From the IMG/VR virus record IMGVR_UViG_2617270952_000001: 19,808 nucleotides of DNA. The stretch is one strand, 5' to 3'. The DNA is from a virus (lineage: Duplodnaviria > Heunggongvirae > Uroviricota > Caudoviricetes). The notes under the pieces were generated by a model. The model was not told where the DNA came from. It saw only the letters and a list, made by a program, of their open reading frames with translations, and made no database searches. The translations under genes and the position numbers were made by a program. This document shows positions 16,165 to 19,808 of the stretch, piece after piece; position 1 is the stretch's first letter; the number at the start of each line of letters is the position of its first letter.

Positions 16165-17464
16165 TCTCCCGCATATTGCCAGCATGGCCTTTAATGAGCC
16201 GCTGATGCTTGAACCCGCCTATGCGCGGGTTTTCTTTTGTGCGCTTGCAGGCCAGCTTGGGATCAGCCGCCTGACGGATGCAGTATCCGGCGACAGCCTG
16301 ACTGCCGGAGAGGCACCCGCGGCGCTGGCGTTATCCGGTGATGATGACGGACCACGACAGGCCCGCAGTTATCAGGTCATGAACGGCATCGCCGTGCTGC
16401 CGGTGTCCGGTACGCTGGTCAGCCGGACGCGGGCGCTGCAGCCGTATTCGGGAATGACCGGTTACAACGGCATTATCGCCCGTCTGCAACAGGCTGCCAG
16501 CGATCCGATGGTGGACGGCATTCTGCTGGATATGGACACACCGGGCGGGATGGTGGCGGGAGCATTTGACTGTGCTGACATCATCGCCCGTGTGCGAGAC
16601 ATAAAACCGGTATGGGCGCTGGCCAACGACATGAACTGCAGTGCAGGTCAGCTGCTTGCCAGCGCCGCCTCCCGGCGTCTGGTCACGCAGACCGCCCGGA
16701 CAGGCTCCATCGGCGTCATGATGGCTCACAGTAATTACGGTGCTGCGCTGGAGAAACAGGGCGTGGAAATCACGCTGATTTACAGCGGCAGCCATAAGGT
16801 GGATGGCAACCCCTACAGCCATCTACCGGATGAGGTCCGGGAAACACTGCAGTCCCGGATGGATGCAACCCGCCGGATGTTTGCACAGAAGGTGTCGGCA
16901 TATACCGGCCTGTCCGTGCAGGCTGTGCTGGATACCGAGGCTGCAGTGTACAGCGGTCAGGAGGCCATTGATGCCGGACTGGCTGATGAACTTGTGAACA
17001 GTACCGATGCGATCACCGTCATGCGTGATGCACTGGATGCACGTAAATCCCGTCTCTCAGGAGGGCGAATGACCAAAGAGACTCAATCAACAACTGTTTC
17101 AGCCACTGCTTCGCAGGCTGACGTTACTGGCGTGGTGCAAGCGACGGAGGGCGAGAACGCCAGCGCTGCGCAGCCGGACGTGAACGCGCAGATCACCGCA
17201 GCGGTTGCGGCAGAAAACAGTCGCATTATGGGGATCCTCAACTGTGAGGAGGCTCACGGACGCGAAGAACAGGCATGCGTGCTGGCCGAAACCCCCGGTA
17301 TGACCGTGGAAACGGCCCGCCGTATTCTGGCCGCAGCACCACAGAGTGCACAGGCGCGCAGTGACACTGCGCTGGATCGTCTGATGCAGGGGGCACCGGC
17401 ACCGCTGGCTGCAGGTAACCCGGCATCTGATGCCGTTAACGATTTGCTGAACACACCAGTGTAA
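16145..17464 (+). CDS. head maturation protease / minor capsid protein (lambda C homologue), GTG start
   Basis: 439-aa product from GTG at 16145 (TAELRNLPHIASMAFNEPLMLEPAYARVFFCALAGQLGIS...) matches lambda gpC; start overlaps the end of the B fragment. Confidence 0.9.
   Translation: MTAELRNLPHIASMAFNEPLMLEPAYARVFFCALAGQLGISRLTDAVSGDSLTAGEAPAALALSGDDDGPRQARSYQVMNGIAVLPVSGTLVSRTRALQPYSGMTGYNGIIARLQQAASDPMVDGILLDMDTPGGMVAGAFDCADIIARVRDIKPVWALANDMNCSAGQLLASAASRRLVTQTARTGSIGVMMAHSNYGAALEKQGVEITLIYSGSHKVDGNPYSHLPDEVRETLQSRMDATRRMFAQKVSAYTGLSVQAVLDTEAAVYSGQEAIDAGLADELVNSTDAITVMRDALDARKSRLSGGRMTKETQSTTVSATASQADVTGVVQATEGENASAAQPDVNAQITAAVAAENSRIMGILNCEEAHGREEQACVLAETPGMTVETARRILAAAPQSAQARSDTALDRLMQGAPAPLAAGNPASDAVNDLLNTPV
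16859..17464 (+). CDS. scaffolding protein Nu3 homologue, nested in frame in the 3' part of C
   Basis: In-frame internal ATG at 16859 (MDATRRMFAQKV...) at the position corresponding to the lambda nu3 start as I recall it. Confidence 0.55.
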   Translation: MDATRRMFAQKVSAYTGLSVQAVLDTEAAVYSGQEAIDAGLADELVNSTDAITVMRDALDARKSRLSGGRMTKETQSTTVSATASQADVTGVVQATEGENASAAQPDVNAQITAAVAAENSRIMGILNCEEAHGREEQACVLAETPGMTVETARRILAAAPQSAQARSDTALDRLMQGAPAPLAAGNPASDAVNDLLNTPV

Positions 17465-17473
17465 GGGATGTTT

Positions 17474-17806
17474 ATGACGAGCAAAGAAACCTTTACCCAT
17501 TACCAGCCGCTGGGCAACAGTGACCCGGCTCATACCGCAACCGCGCCCGGCGGATTGAGTGCGAAAGCGCCTGCAATGACCCCGCTGATGCCGGACACCT
17601 CCACCCGTAAGCTGGTTGCGTGGGATGGCACCACCGACGGTGCTGCCGTTGGCATTCTTGCGGTTGCTGCTGACCAGACCAGCACCACACTGACGTTCTA
17701 CAAGTCCGGCACGTTCCGTTATGAGGATGTGCTCTGGCCGGAGGCTGCCAGCGACGAGACGAAAAAACGGACCGCGTTTGCCGGAACGGCAATCAGCATC
17801 GTTTAA
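17474..17806 (+). CDS. head decoration protein (lambda D homologue)
   Basis: 110-aa product [68 protein letters not shown]...; AAGGGA 6 nt before the ATG. Confidence 0.9.
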   Translation: MTSKETFTHYQPLGNSDPAHTATAPGGLSAKAPAMTPLMPDTSTRKLVAWDGTTDGAAVGILAVAADQTSTTLTFYKSGTFRYEDVLWPEAASDETKKRTAFAGTAISIV

Positions 17807-17826
17807 CCTGACCCTTCATCACTAAA

Positions 17827-17848
17827 GGCCGCCTGTGCGGCTTTTTTT
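17827..17848 (+). terminator. terminator-like hairpin with T7 run between D and E
   Basis: GGCCGCC-TGT-GCGGC followed by TTTTTTT, 14 nt before the E start codon; may attenuate or structure the D-E junction rather than fully terminate. Confidence 0.4.
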
Positions 17849-17861
17849 ACGGGATTTTTTT

Positions 17862-19715
17862 ATGTCGATGTACACAACCGCCCAGCTGCTGGCGGCAAAT
17901 GAGCAGAAATTTAAGTTTGATCCGCTGTTTCTGCGTCTCTTTTTCCGTGAGAGCTATCCCTTCACTACGGAGAAAGTCTATCTCTCACAAATTCCGGGAC
18001 TGGTAAACATGGCGCTGTACGTTTCGCCGATTGTTTCCGGTGAGGTTATCCGTTCCCGTGGCGGCTCCACCTCTGAATTTACGCCGGGATATGTCAAACC
18101 CAAGCATGAGGTGAATCCGCAGATGACCCTGCGTCGCCTGCCGGATGAAGATCCGCAGAATCTGGCGGACCCGGCTTACCGCCGCCGTCGCATCATCATG
18201 CAGAACATGCGTGACGAAGAGCTGGCCATTGCTCAGGTCGAAGAGATGCAGGCAGTTTCTGCCGTGCTCAAGGGCAAATACACCATGACCGGTGAAGCCT
18301 TCGATCCGGTTGAGGTGGATACCGGAGCTTTGTGGAAGCGTACAGCCGTCGGATTAACGAATTTCGCCTGGATCAACACATCCGGCGATACATATGATAT
18401 TTACGTTGAGATTGGCAATTATGCGACGAGTGTAAATATCCATTGGGATTGTACTACAAATGCGTCAGTTTCTATTTATACCTCGCCAACATATTCAGCG
18501 AGTAAGCCTTCCAGCGTTACCGGTGGTGTTGTTTATACGATGTATAGCTCACATCAGAAACCTACACCATCAGATATTGGAGCGCTGCCAACGACTGGAG
18601 GGACTATTTCAGGTCCGTTGTCTGTTACTGATGGGATCACCGGGGCACTGAAGGGGAACGCCGATACCGCGACGAAACTTGCGGCAGCCCCAAAAATTAA
18701 CGGTGTTAAGTTTGATGGCTCGGCGGATATTAACCTCACGCCGGAAAATATTGGTGCATTTGCCCGACGTTCGACGGGGGCTTATGCGGATTCGGATGGA
18801 GCCGTTCCCTGGAATGCCGAATCAGGCGCTTACAATGTCACCCGCTCTGGCAACAGCTATATTCTGGTTAACTTCTATACCGGAGTCGGAAGTTGCCGGA
18901 CCTTGCAGATGAAGGCACATTACAGAAATGGAGGTCTGTTCTACCGTTCCTCAAGAGATGGCTATGGTTTTGAGGAAGACTGGGCAGAAGTTTATACCTC
19001 GAAAAATCTTCCACCAGAAAGCTACCCAGTCGGCGCACCAATCCCGTGGCCATCAGATACCGTTCCGTCTGGTTATGCCCTGATGCAGGGGCAGACTTTT
19101 GACAAATCTGCTTACCCGAAACTTGCAGCCGCTTATCCGTCAGGTGTGATCCCTGATATGCGTGGCTGGACGATTAAGGGCAAACCTGCCAGTGGTCGGG
19201 CCGTATTGTCTCAGGAACAGGACGGCATTAAATCGCACACCCACAGCGCCAGCGTATCCAGTACGGATTTGGGGACGAAAAACACATCGTCGTTTGATTA
19301 CGGAACCAAATCCACGAATAACACCGGGGCGCATACCCATAGTATTAGCGGGACTGCAAATAGTGCCGGTGCGCACCAACACAAGAGTTCCGGTGCATTT
19401 GGTGGCACGAACACGAGCATTTTCCCTAATGGTTATACCGCGATTTCAAATCTAAGCGCGGGGATTATGAGCACAACAAGCGGTAGTGGCCAGACTCGTA
19501 ATGCAGGGAAGACATCATCAGATGGTGCTCATACCCACTCGCTGTCCGGCACTGCTGCAAGCGCAGGCGCACACGCACATACTGTCGGTATTGGTGCTCA
19601 TACGCACTCCGTTGCGATTGGTTCACATGGACATACCATCACCGTTAACGCTGCTGGTAACGCGGAAAACACCGTCAAAAACATCGCATTTAACTATATT
19701 GTGAGGCTTGCGTAA
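17862..19715 (+). CDS. chimeric ORF: major capsid protein E N-terminal 153 codons fused in frame to a side-tail-fibre (Stf) C-terminal region of 464 codons
   Basis: [34 protein letters not shown]... follows lambda gpE to ...[10 protein letters not shown] (about 18320). The frame then continues into tail-fibre-like sequence with GAHTHS-type His repeats ending ...[11 protein letters not shown]. Confidence 0.85.
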
Positions 19716-19808
19716 TGGCATTCAGAATGAGTGAACAACCACGGACCATAAAAATTTATAATCTGCTGGCCGGAACTAATGAATTTATTGGTGAAGGTGA
19801 CGCATATA
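19715..19808 (+). CDS. tail fibre assembly protein (Tfa), N-terminal 31 codons (3' end outside window)
   Basis: ATG overlapping the stf stop (TAATG) gives [31 protein letters not shown]..., the N-terminus of lambda-type Tfa. Confidence 0.8.

Noticed and set aside
13948-17792. Long minus-strand ORFs (13948-14487, 14166-14528, 14627-14986, 16331-16822, 17099-17533, 17493-17792) across the head gene module
   Set aside because: The GC-rich lambda-like head genes produce long antisense open frames by chance; the + strand products are recognisable lambda proteins.

Overview
The window reads as a Qin-type cryptic lambdoid prophage of Escherichia coli, oriented early-to-late on the + strand. All protein identifications below are from recalled sequences, not from any database search. 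From left to right: (1) 1-210, the 3' end of an IS3-family insertion sequence whose terminus supplies the last codons and stop of a minus-strand ORF. (2) 570-2850, a decayed accessory stretch on the + strand: a broken SAM-dependent methyltransferase, a run of tightly coupled mini-ORFs, a well-initiated 59-aa two-helix membrane protein, and a hairpin-dense non-coding block. (3) 2856-4169, a single-ORF DDE (rve) transposase of IS481/ISNCY type. (4) 4606-7924, flxA with a sigma-28 promoter, ydfV, the relB-relE-hokD toxin-antitoxin cluster with its operator palindrome, rem, a frameshifted DUF968 remnant and the Q antiterminator quuQ, followed by a putative late promoter and terminator. (5) 8346-13658, cold-shock morons cspF, cspB and cspI interleaved with the phage-21-type lysis cassette essQ-ydfR-rrrQ-rzpQ/rzoQ, then gnsB, ydfO and ynfO. 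(6) 13825-19808, a lambda-like cos site and nohA (Nu1), then a head module carrying two deletions: terminase A joined out of frame to the C-terminal end of portal B, and capsid E joined in frame to a side-tail-fibre C-terminal domain; C, nested nu3 and D are intact and tfa starts at the window edge. No tRNA, rRNA or CRISPR array was seen. The most open questions are the 2303-2855 membrane-protein/structured-RNA block, the unassigned ORF at 12230-12460, and the boundaries of the transposase element.
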